From: Bacteroidales bacterium
Lineage (GTDB): Bacteria; Bacteroidota; Bacteroidia; Bacteroidales; UBA1715
Direction of reading: 5' to 3'
Length of the DNA stretch: 64,000 bases
Assembly: GCA_045599365.1 (NCBI GenBank)
Contig: JAZRVS010000185.1
Location: 43,919-107,918 of the forward strand
Shown: positions 56,306-64,000 of the stretch, piece by piece
Layout: each line of letters starts with the position of its first letter
Position numbering within the stretch: the stretch's first letter is position 1
Translations under genes and position numbers: made by a program
The notes under the pieces: model-generated
What the model saw: the letters and a program-made list of their open reading frames with translations, nothing else
The model's database searches: none
Told to the model about the DNA's origin: nothing

Positions 56306-57760
56306 ATGTCCCAAGAATCTCTAAAAAATAAAACAGTAAAAGGTGTAGGTTGGTCAGCGGTGGATAATGTCGCCCAGTATGCGGTGTCGTTTGTGGTCGG
56401 CATTGTGCTGGCTCGACTGCTGAGTCCGGACGATTACGGGCTGATAGGTATCATCGCTATCTTTACGGCAGTCTGTACAGCCATCATCAATGGTGGTTTC
56501 AGTACGGCTCTTATCCGCAAGAACGACTGCACGGACGATGACTACAATACCGCTTTCATCGTCAACCTCGGTCTCAGTCTTGTGCTATATGCCGTCATCT
56601 TCCTCTGTTCTCCGCTCATCGCCAATTTCTTCGGCAAGCAGGAACTAGTGGCGTTGACAAGGGTGTCGTCCATCACGATGATAATAGGAGCCCTTGCCAT
56701 AGTGCAACAGACACGTCTAACAAAGAGAATAGATTTCAAGACACAGACCAAAATCTCGCTCATCTCGGCAATCTCTAGTGGCGTGATAGGTATTGGGATG
56801 GCGTTGGTAGGATGTGGTGTATGGTCGTTGGTGTGCCAGGGTATAGCATCGCAATTGTTGAAGACAATCCTGCTGTGGTTCTACAACAAGTGGGTGCCAA
56901 GGTTACGGTTCTGCAAAGAATCTTTTAATGAACTATTCGGCTTTGGCTGGAAGATGATGGTGTCGGGAATTCTGGACAGCACTTGGCAGCAATTGTATCA
57001 AGTAGTTGTAGGTAAGTTTTATAGTCCCGCAACTTTAGGACAATATACAAGGGCAAAGCAGTTCTCGCAACTTTTCTCTTCGAACTTGACAAGTGTTATC
57101 CAGCGAGTGACATATCCGGTATTGAGCACTATTCAGGACGAAAAAGAGCGTATGATTGAGGCATATAGGAGAATCATCAAACTTACAATGTTCATCACAT
57201 TTACTTGTATGTTCGCTTTGGGTGCAGTTTCTGAACCATTATTATATTGCCTGATTGGAGAAAAATGGCATGAGGCGGCAACATATTTGCCGTTGATTTG
57301 CTTTGTCGGATCGTTATATCCTCTTCATGCCATCAACTTGAATATGTTGCAGGTGCAGGGAAGGAGCGATCTGTTCTTGTTCCTTGAAATTGTCAAGAAA
57401 ATTGTCGGGCTTGCCCCATTGTTGGTTGGCGCATTTGTGGGAATATTTCCAATGTTATATATTTCAATTGTTACGAGTTTCATTAATTATTTGCTCAATT
57501 CATATTTCCCAGGTAAATTGTTGGGCTATACTTCTTGGAAACAACTGAAAGATATTGCACCTTCATTTTTTATTGCTTTGACGATGGCATTGATTGTATG
57601 GTTGTTGAAGTATCTTCCATTGTCGAATTGGGCGATACTGCCGATACAGATTGTGGTAGGTGTAGTAACCTTTTTCGTATTGTGCAAGGTGACGAAGAAC
57701 AAGGAATATGAAGAGGTAAAAAAGATAGTTATGCCGTTGTTTTTGAAATTTAAAAAGTGA
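56306..57760 (+). CDS. wzx: Polysaccharide flippase (MOP/Wzx family)
   Basis: 484 aa and about 12-14 TM segments. N-terminus ...KTVKGVGWSAVDNVAQYAVSFVVGIVLARLLSPDDYGLIG is typical of Wzx. Confidence 0.85.
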   Translation: MSQESLKNKTVKGVGWSAVDNVAQYAVSFVVGIVLARLLSPDDYGLIGIIAIFTAVCTAIINGGFSTALIRKNDCTDDDYNTAFIVNLGLSLVLYAVIFLCSPLIANFFGKQELVALTRVSSITMIIGALAIVQQTRLTKRIDFKTQTKISLISAISSGVIGIGMALVGCGVWSLVCQGIASQLLKTILLWFYNKWVPRLRFCKESFNELFGFGWKMMVSGILDSTWQQLYQVVVGKFYSPATLGQYTRAKQFSQLFSSNLTSVIQRVTYPVLSTIQDEKERMIEAYRRIIKLTMFITFTCMFALGAVSEPLLYCLIGEKWHEAATYLPLICFVGSLYPLHAINLNMLQVQGRSDLFLFLEIVKKIVGLAPLLVGAFVGIFPMLYISIVTSFINYLLNSYFPGKLLGYTSWKQLKDIAPSFFIALTMALIVWLLKYLPLSNWAILPIQIVVGVVTFFVLCKVTKNKEYEEVKKIVMPLFLKFKK

Positions 57761-57793
57761 TAATATGGAACAGATATATACACCAACAAAGGA

Positions 57794-58802
57794 CTATAAT
57801 TATCTAGGAAATTTAGACAGCTAATAAAGATAAAAAAATAATAAATTAGCTGTATGAAAAGTAAAAGGAAATTTAGTTCAGAGTTTAAGGCCAAGGTAGC
57901 TATCGAAGTTCTCAAAGAACAGTCAATGTTGTCGGAATTGGCGACGAAGTATCAATTGACTCCCAACCAAATATCTCAATGGAAGAAAGAGTTTTTGGTA
58001 AAAGCCCCGCAAGTGTTTTCAATGAAGCCCCCGGAGAAATCCCATGAGGATGAAGTAAACGCGCTATATAAGAAAATAGGCGAGTTGCAAATAGCGAATG
58101 ATTTTCTAAAAAAAAGTTGTCGTGACCTTCAACAGTACCGAACGTATGAGGTTGTTGGAAACAGGAAACAAAAAGTTAAGTGTGAGCAAACAATGCCTAT
58201 CCCTGCTCCAGGAAACGAGACCTATCCGTACCTGCTTCGAAACATGCGGATAGACCGCGTGAACAAGGTCTGGGAAATGGACATAACCTATCTTCCTATG
58301 AAGCGTGGCTTTATGTACCTTGCTGCGATAATCGACGTGTATAGCAGATGTATCGTCGGTTGGGACATATCAAACACGATGGAGTCCGAATGGTGCAGCT
58401 CTATCGTGTCGCAGGCTATCGAAAGGCATGGAAGCCCCGAGGTTTTTAACACAGATCAGGGTAGCCAGTTTACGAGCAAGGTGTTTACCGAAAACCTAAA
58501 GGGCCATAATGTGAAAATCAGTATGGACGGACGTGGAAGGGCAACCGACGACATCTATATTGAAAGATTTTGGAGAAGCATCAAATACGAAGACTTTCAT
58601 ATAAATGTCTATGATACACCCCAAGACCTAAGGAAAGGTGTGGCAGACTACATCTATTTTTACAATAATGTTAGGCCGCATCAGTCGTTACAGTATCAAA
58701 GACCAATTTCTGTTTTTAAAGTTATTGCGTAACAAAGAAAATCTTGATGGATTTATCATTAACTAAGCAAAAAAGTTGTCTAAATTTACTGGAGTATTAT
58801 AG
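57794..58802 (+). mobile_element. IS3-family insertion sequence, internally deleted (~1.0 kb)
   Basis: Imperfect terminal inverted repeats: ctataattatctaggaaatttagacag (57794-57820) versus the reverse complement of gttgtctaaatttactggagtattatag (58775-58802). OrfA-type HTH N-terminus, an A8 slippery run at 58108-58115 and an rve DDE core. Confidence 0.75.
57854..58732 (+). pseudogene. IS3 transposase remnant (OrfA and the rve domain joined by an internal deletion)
   Basis: After the A8 run the -1 frame reads ...KKLSVSKQCLSLLQ (typical OrfB start) and then stops. The rve core (YPYLLRN...VWEMDITY...AAIIDVYSR...FNTDQGSQFTS...) is back in the OrfA frame. This implies loss of the ~60-100 aa OrfB N-terminal region around 58210-58222. 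Confidence 0.7.
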
Positions 58803-58843
58803 TGAACCTATCATAAAAACAAACGATTACAATTTATATATTT

Positions 58844-59896
58844 ATGTTAATTAAAACATTTGCACCTGTAATTATTACAACTCTAAATAGGTTTGATCAT
58901 TTTAAACAATGTTTAGAATCACTTGAAAATTGTAAGTATGCGGATGAGACAGATGTTTATATAGCTCTTGACTATCCACCTTCAGAGGAATATGAGGAAG
59001 GATGGAAGTTGATTGATAGATATATTCGAGACAAAGAAAAACAAAATGGGTTTAAAAATTTAATTGTATATAGACGAACAGAAAATTATTTTTTCTCTGG
59101 TAGAGGAAATTTGCGAGTAGCAATAAATGATTTACCCAAAAACGTTGATAGATATATTACATCGGAGGATGATAACATTTTTTCTCCACTCTTTCTTGAA
59201 TATATGAACTTATGTCTTGAAAAATATGAAGATAATCCTGATGTTGTATGTGTTACGGGATATAGTTATCCTGTTGATTGGAGTCGGAGTGAGGGGGCGA
59301 CAATTCAGTTACAGAATTTTAATGCATCTGCTTGGGGATGGGCATGGTGGAGAGAAAAGAAAAACAAAATAGAAAATGATTTTTTGGATGAAATATTATT
59401 TCATAATGCTACAATAGATATTAAGAATGGCAAGTATAAACGACTCATTGCTCCAGCTCTTATTGAATATACAGATTATATAAAAGGCGCAGATGTTAAA
59501 TTACAAAAACGAATGACAGATGTTGGTATGCGTATATATATTGCGATGAGGGACAAGTATGTCGTTTCGCCATTGATATCTTTTGTACGAAATAAGGGAT
59601 TTGATGGTTCGGGACAATATTGTGGCAATAATCAACATTTGTTGGATAATTCAAATGCGTTAACATACGACTATGTTCATCAGCCAATATATGAGAGTGA
59701 TAATTTTAATATTGTAGAGAATAATAATGATTTACTTGAAGAAAATAGATGTAAACTCAGTAAGTTTGATAATCGCTCTTATGGGTCTTTATGTAAGAGT
59801 ATGATGGTTATATGGGAAGTGAAATTGTTAGGAATTTCTTATGTTAGAATTAAATATAAACTTAAGAGTTTGTTGAAGAAGTTGGTAAATTATTGA
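58844..59896 (+). CDS. Glycosyltransferase (GT-A fold, family not assigned)
   Basis: N-terminus FAPVIITTLNRFDHFKQCLESLENC and an acidic SEDDN motif. Sits in CPS locus context. Confidence 0.65.
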   Translation: MLIKTFAPVIITTLNRFDHFKQCLESLENCKYADETDVYIALDYPPSEEYEEGWKLIDRYIRDKEKQNGFKNLIVYRRTENYFFSGRGNLRVAINDLPKNVDRYITSEDDNIFSPLFLEYMNLCLEKYEDNPDVVCVTGYSYPVDWSRSEGATIQLQNFNASAWGWAWWREKKNKIENDFLDEILFHNATIDIKNGKYKRLIAPALIEYTDYIKGADVKLQKRMTDVGMRIYIAMRDKYVVSPLISFVRNKGFDGSGQYCGNNQHLLDNSNALTYDYVHQPIYESDNFNIVENNNDLLEENRCKLSKFDNRSYGSLCKSMMVIWEVKLLGISYVRIKYKLKSLLKKLVNY

Positions 59897-60006
59897 TTTG
59901 TATGTGATAGAAGGCCTTTATCCTATTTTGCTTTGATGATTATCTTATTAATTTATGCAAATTAGCAACCAATAGTAAAGTTGATTAAAATTAGTAAATA
60001 TAATTT

Positions 60007-60771
60007 ATGATACCCAAAATAATTCATTATTGCTGGCTCAGTAATGTCCCTATTCCTGCTAAACTTCAAAAATGCATGGAGTCATGGAAAAAACACCTTC
60101 CAGATTACGAATTTATGTTATGGAATTTTGATAGATTTCCAAGAGGTAAAAGTAAATGGGTAGATGAAGCTTTTGATAATAAAAAGTATGCCTTTGCCGC
60201 TGATTATATTAGATTGTATGCTTTGTACAATTATGGTGGAATTTATTTAGATATGGATGTTGAAGTGTTAAAACCATTTGATGATTTCCTTGATATGAAT
60301 ACTATGATGTGTTATGAGAATCATATGGTGTTATCTAACTTAGAAGTTGCAGCTTTTGGTGTAGAAACTAACTCAAAATGGGTAGGAGATTGTCTGCATT
60401 ATTATGATTCTAAGAATTTTGTGAATCAAGATGGTACTTTTAATATGACGGTTCTTCCGATTATTGTGAGAAATCAATTAAAAGCAACAGGTCATTCAAT
60501 CAAGTTGGTCAGAAGCATTAGAGAAGCATTAAATGCGGAATTAGAAGATTCTATACCAATTTTTGATTATACATTTTTTAGCCCAAAATGTTATGAAACT
60601 GGGGAACTCAAAATCTCATCGTCTACATATTCTATTCATCATTTCGCTGGTTCTTGGTTGCCGTGGGAACAGGTGATAGAAAGTAAAATATGGTCATTCT
60701 TAGGATTAAAGCCACATCGTTTTATGTGGCACTTGGATAATTTTTTATTAAAAATTGGAATTAAAAGATAA
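60007..60771 (+). CDS. Glycosyltransferase, GT32 / capsular polysaccharide synthesis (Gly_transf_sug) type
   Basis: IPKIIHYCWLS...WKKHLPDYEFMLWN...AADYIRLYALYNYGGIYLDMDVEV (DxD). Confidence 0.8.
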   Translation: MIPKIIHYCWLSNVPIPAKLQKCMESWKKHLPDYEFMLWNFDRFPRGKSKWVDEAFDNKKYAFAADYIRLYALYNYGGIYLDMDVEVLKPFDDFLDMNTMMCYENHMVLSNLEVAAFGVETNSKWVGDCLHYYDSKNFVNQDGTFNMTVLPIIVRNQLKATGHSIKLVRSIREALNAELEDSIPIFDYTFFSPKCYETGELKISSSTYSIHHFAGSWLPWEQVIESKIWSFLGLKPHRFMWHLDNFLLKIGIKR

Positions 60772-60826
60772 TCTGCTATAGGGAAGTATAAAATAAGTTT
60801 AAGAATTATTTGTGATTCGGAAAAAG

Positions 60827-61978
60827 ATGAAGGCAATAGCAAATAATCAAAGTGGAAATGTTGTAATTCCAATAATATATTCGATAGCATCTTTGACTTA
60901 CATTTTCCGTCCTTTTATTCCAACTGGAATAATGGATGAGTTGGTTGTGTTGTTATTGGGAATTTTGGGATATAGGTATATTTTCAAATGTAGAGAATTT
61001 GTGAGAATTGTTCTATTTCTATTTTTTTTCTTGGTTTATTCTCTTTTGATTGAAATAAATAGATGGGAAGCAGTTTTTTTTGATTTCTTGTTATTTTTGA
61101 AACCATTTATAAGTTTTTTTGTCCCGTTAACAATGCCTTTTGTCCTTACAAATCGACAAATGGCATATTTTAAAAAGATTTTTTTTCTTTGCTGTGTGTA
61201 TTGTATTGTTCAGATTCCGTTTGTAAATCAGTTATATGAAAATGATTCTGCATATTGTGCTTGTTGTATCATCTCAAGTGTAAGTTATCTGTTTTTCTCA
61301 AGTTGTACCAAAAAAGACCTTATTTTTTCAACCATAGTTTTATGTATGGGGTTATCTACATTTAAGGCTAAATTCATAACAGAATTTATATTTTTTGTGT
61401 TTGTAGTGTTTTTTCTTCGTTCGAAAATTCGCTTAAATATTAAATGGATTTTTCTCATAGTTGCTATTGCCTTGATTTCTATATATTTTAACTATGAGAA
61501 GTTTAGTATCTATTTCTATGCAGGATCTGAAGATGGTATATCAAGAACAATGTTCTACTACAAATCTATAAATGTATTGCAAGACTATTTCCCGTTAGGA
61601 CCAGGATTTTCTACTTACGGTACTGAAGGAGCAGCTCAATTTTATTCTCCGTTATATCATAAATATGGTTTTGATAGTTTTTGGGGAACAATGGAAGTGG
61701 ACTATAAAACTGACCACGATTTTTTACATGATACATTCTATCCCGTGTTAGCTCAATTTGGAATTGTTGGTGTTGTCTTGTATGTATTGTTTTGGAAAAG
61801 ACGATGGAACGAGGGCTGTCAATTGAATGGAAATTCGTATAAACTTTTTTTGTTTGTTTTTTTTGTGATATTTGTACAGAATCTCGCAGATAATGCATTT
61901 ACTAGTGCAATAGGAGTATCTCTTATGATGTTATTGGCTATGCTTATATCTAAGAAAGAAGAGGGTAAACGATTATAA
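60827..61978 (+). CDS. wzy: O-antigen/capsule repeat-unit polymerase (Wzy-like)
   Basis: Very AT-rich, Phe/Ile-rich polytopic membrane protein with a late periplasmic-loop region. Position between glycosyltransferases fits Wzy. ATG at 60827 is preferred over the GTG at 60812. Confidence 0.7.
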   Translation: MKAIANNQSGNVVIPIIYSIASLTYIFRPFIPTGIMDELVVLLLGILGYRYIFKCREFVRIVLFLFFFLVYSLLIEINRWEAVFFDFLLFLKPFISFFVPLTMPFVLTNRQMAYFKKIFFLCCVYCIVQIPFVNQLYENDSAYCACCIISSVSYLFFSSCTKKDLIFSTIVLCMGLSTFKAKFITEFIFFVFVVFFLRSKIRLNIKWIFLIVAIALISIYFNYEKFSIYFYAGSEDGISRTMFYYKSINVLQDYFPLGPGFSTYGTEGAAQFYSPLYHKYGFDSFWGTMEVDYKTDHDFLHDTFYPVLAQFGIVGVVLYVLFWKRRWNEGCQLNGNSYKLFLFVFFVIFVQNLADNAFTSAIGVSLMMLLAMLISKKEEGKRL

Positions 61979-61992
61979 TATATAAAGTTTGT

Positions 61993-63042
61993 ATGCAACC
62001 AAAAGTTTCAATAATAGTTCCATGTTATGGGGTTGAGAAGTATATTGATCGGTGCATGGAGAGTCTTGTGAATCAGACTTTGCGAGATATAGAGATCATC
62101 CTCGTGGATGATGTGAGCCCAGATCGTGTGCCTGAGATGTGCGATGAATGGGCGAAGAAAGATAATCGTATCAAAGTCATCCATAAAGAAAAGAATGGTG
62201 GACTTGGTTTTGCTCGCAATACAGGTCTCGACGCTGCTACTGGTGAGTATGTGGCGTTCGTAGATAGTGATGATTATGTGGATGTTCAGATGTATGAGAC
62301 TTTATTTGCAATTGCAAAAGACGCCAATTGTGATACAGTTTTTTGTGGTGTGAACATAGAAAATCAGCCAGGTCTATGGGAAAAACACATTGAGGTTGAT
62401 AAAATCTGTGTACTGGATAAAAGCGAGGCTTGGACTTATGCTAAGGACATGATAGCATGTCTTCCTGGGATAAAAAAGGAAAGATTGCATGAGATGTCTG
62501 TATGGCACTCTATATACAACCTTAGCATCATAAGAGATAATCAATTGACGTTCCTATCTGAGCGCGATGTAGCTTCAGAGGATATTCCTTTTCAGATAGA
62601 TTTCTTTAGGCATGTTAACAGAATGGCTGTTGTTCCTTTCGCTTTCTACTATTATTGCTTTAACGGAGCTTCATTGACTACGACTTTCAAGAAAGAAAAG
62701 CACTCACGTTTTGCACATTTGCGTGATGTGCTGATAGATAAGATGGGTGATGATCCTGAAGCAGCAGTAAGAGCTGATAGGTTCTTTATTGGTTGTAGCC
62801 GAGCATTTTTCTTGAAACTCGTAAATACTCCTATTAGCGGTAAGATATCTATCATTAGAGAAGTGCTAAATGAAGGAGGCATTTGGGAGAAGGTCAGGAA
62901 AGATTTTGAGATTGGCTACCTGCCAAAAGCACAAAGTGTGTTCTATTTGTTTCAATCTCGAAAAATGCCAATAGCTTTGTTTGTATATGCAAAGCTATTT
63001 ATTTTATTAAAACAAATGTGTGGGAAAAAAATACTCGCATAA
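61993..63042 (+). CDS. Family 2 glycosyltransferase
   Basis: KVSIIVPCYGVEKYIDRCMESLVNQTLRDIEIILVDDVSPD...FVDSDD. Confidence 0.85.
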   Translation: MQPKVSIIVPCYGVEKYIDRCMESLVNQTLRDIEIILVDDVSPDRVPEMCDEWAKKDNRIKVIHKEKNGGLGFARNTGLDAATGEYVAFVDSDDYVDVQMYETLFAIAKDANCDTVFCGVNIENQPGLWEKHIEVDKICVLDKSEAWTYAKDMIACLPGIKKERLHEMSVWHSIYNLSIIRDNQLTFLSERDVASEDIPFQIDFFRHVNRMAVVPFAFYYYCFNGASLTTTFKKEKHSRFAHLRDVLIDKMGDDPEAAVRADRFFIGCSRAFFLKLVNTPISGKISIIREVLNEGGIWEKVRKDFEIGYLPKAQSVFYLFQSRKMPIALFVYAKLFILLKQMCGKKILA

Positions 63043-63614
63043 TGAAAAAGATCAAAAGACTTGTGTGCTTGGCTTTGTATTACGGCTTTGCACAGTATCT
63101 GCCGGATTCGTATGGTCCGATTAAACCAATCGCTAATGCTAGTAATGCAATTCGTGTGTTTTTGGTGAAGCGTATCTTTAAGAAGTGTGGCAAGATACGT
63201 ACCATCAACAGAAAGGCATACTTTGGTAATGGTAAGGATGTGGAGATGGGTGATTTCTCTACATTGGGTGCAAGGAGTTGGATTCCTAACAATACGATTA
63301 TTGGCAAGAGTGTGATGTTTGGTAGAGATAGTCTTATTCTGTGGGATAATCACCGCTTTGACCGCATTGACATTCCTATCAATGACCAAGGGTATTATCC
63401 ACGAGTGCCGACTGTGATAGAAGATGATTGCTGGATTGGTTTGCGATCGCTGATTACTGTGGGCAGGCACATTTCAAAGGGTACTATCGTGGCAATGGGT
63501 TCGGTGGTGACTAAGGATTTTCCTGAGTATTCTATCATTGGCGGTAACCCTGCGAAGCTTATCAAATCGAGACTTCAGAATGTAGATAATAGTCAGTCGG
63601 GGGGTAAATTATAG
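63042..63614 (+). CDS. Hexapeptide-repeat (LbH) acyl/acetyltransferase
   Basis: ...IEDDCWIGLRSLITVGRHISKGTIVAMGSVVTKDFPEYSIIGGNPAKLI. The ATG at 63042 overlaps the GT2 stop (TAATG). Confidence 0.8.
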   Translation: MKKIKRLVCLALYYGFAQYLPDSYGPIKPIANASNAIRVFLVKRIFKKCGKIRTINRKAYFGNGKDVEMGDFSTLGARSWIPNNTIIGKSVMFGRDSLILWDNHRFDRIDIPINDQGYYPRVPTVIEDDCWIGLRSLITVGRHISKGTIVAMGSVVTKDFPEYSIIGGNPAKLIKSRLQNVDNSQSGGKL

Positions 63615-63662
63615 ATCTCTGTTCTCGTATAACTTAGTTGCTGCATAGTTGCTTAAATTTAG

Positions 63663-64000
63663 ATGATTATGCAGAACAATAAGGTTATACGAGTGTTTTT
63701 TACTGCTCTCTATTACGGCTTTGCCCAATACTTGCCAGACAGCTATACTCCCGTAATAGGGAAATTCGCAAATTGGCTGAGAATTGCATGCTGCAAGCGG
63801 ATATTTAAGTATTGCGGTCCGAAGGTGTCGAACATCAACCGTAAGGCTTTCTTCGGGAAGGGGGACGAAGTTGAGATTGGTGTCTATAGCAGTATAGGAG
63901 CCAACTGTACGTTGCACCCGAAGGTGAAGATTGGCAAGTATGTGATGATGGGACCTGAGGTGTATATGGTGGGTAATAACCACATTACTGCTGATCCAGA
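63663..64000 (+). CDS. Second LbH acetyltransferase paralogue, 3'-truncated by the window edge
   Basis: MIMQNNKVIRVFFTALYYGFAQYLPDSYTPVIGKFAN... parallels the N-terminus of the previous gene (LVCLALYYGFAQYLPDSYGPIKPIAN). Open to position 64000 and not in the ORF track because it is edge-truncated. Confidence 0.7.
   Translation, partial: MIMQNNKVIRVFFTALYYGFAQYLPDSYTPVIGKFANWLRIACCKRIFKYCGPKVSNINRKAFFGKGDEVEIGVYSSIGANCTLHPKVKIGKYVMMGPEVYMVGNNHITADP

Noticed and set aside
44134-56314. Many 60-166-aa antisense or out-of-frame ORFs within the capsule genes (e.g. 46279-46767, 46780-47190, 47484-47930, 54247-54747, 55499-55924)
   Set aside because: Each is fully contained in a longer, motif-bearing plus-strand gene. 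They are typical shadow ORFs of the somewhat GC-richer segment.
58108-58115. Functional programmed -1 frameshift site (A8) of an active IS3 transposase
   Set aside because: The -1 frame terminates about 40 codons after the slippery run, and the DDE core is in the OrfA frame because of an internal deletion. The canonical OrfAB product cannot be made.
1-64000. tRNA, rRNA or tmRNA genes
   Set aside because: A visual scan of all intergenic regions found no T-loop (GGTTCGAATCC-like) or other conserved RNA-gene signatures. None are called, though a tRNAscan or Infernal run would be the definitive check.

Overview
This window looks like a Bacteroidales chromosome, probably Prevotellaceae-like. That placement is inferred from the UpxY-headed capsule locus, the nqrA-F operon, TAnnTTTG-type promoter boxes and the low GC content. 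No rRNA, tRNA or CRISPR array was seen.

Layout:
- 1-8757 (minus strand): the N-terminal three modules of a large NRPS (C-A-T, C-A-T, C-A...). It runs off the left edge and is preceded by a STAS-domain gene.
- 9.6-14.0 kb: membrane polyferredoxin, a Tat-signal lipoprotein aldo/keto reductase, then tatA and tatC.
- 14.1-18.9 kb: an accessory islet. It holds a DUF4143 AAA ATPase bracketed by identical 42-bp hairpins, a fused pair of truncated genes (DNA methyltransferase and DUF1016 nuclease), a DUF5131 gene and a class A beta-lactamase.
- 18.9-34.5 kb: housekeeping genes (lysC, nqrABCDEF, DNA/RNA endonuclease, cysS, sufB, ftsE, thrH, yhbP-like) plus one orphan AAA ATPase.
- 34.9-64.0 kb: a single co-directional capsular polysaccharide (CPS) locus starting at upxY.

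The most interesting region is the first ~8 kb of the CPS locus (35.9-44.0 kb). It contains no sugar chemistry. Instead it is an array of defence- or toxin-antitoxin-like cassettes:
- a pRiA4b-ORF3-like gene and a Panacea/DUF4065 pseudogene
- a RhuM fragment and an AlbA_2/HATPase gene flanked by 99-bp direct repeats
- a DUF3791-DUF3990-DUF3791 triad
- an ABC-type ATPase with an overlapping 154-aa unknown partner

The cassettes are separated by three fossil 5' ends of ugd and by a duplicated 3' end of degT.

Downstream lies an unusual CPS sub-cluster: four ATP-grasp ligases, a CitE/HpcH-like lyase, a 2-hydroxyacid dehydrogenase, a PrpD/MmgE protein and a split Fe-S hydro-lyase. After that come wzx, an internally deleted IS3 element, glycosyltransferases, wzy and acetyltransferases.

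The intergenic DNA carries a dispersed ~120-150 bp structured repeat family and phase-locked period-7 and period-8 oligomer arrays that are dense in stop codons. Two long poly-G tracts lie inside CPS modification genes.
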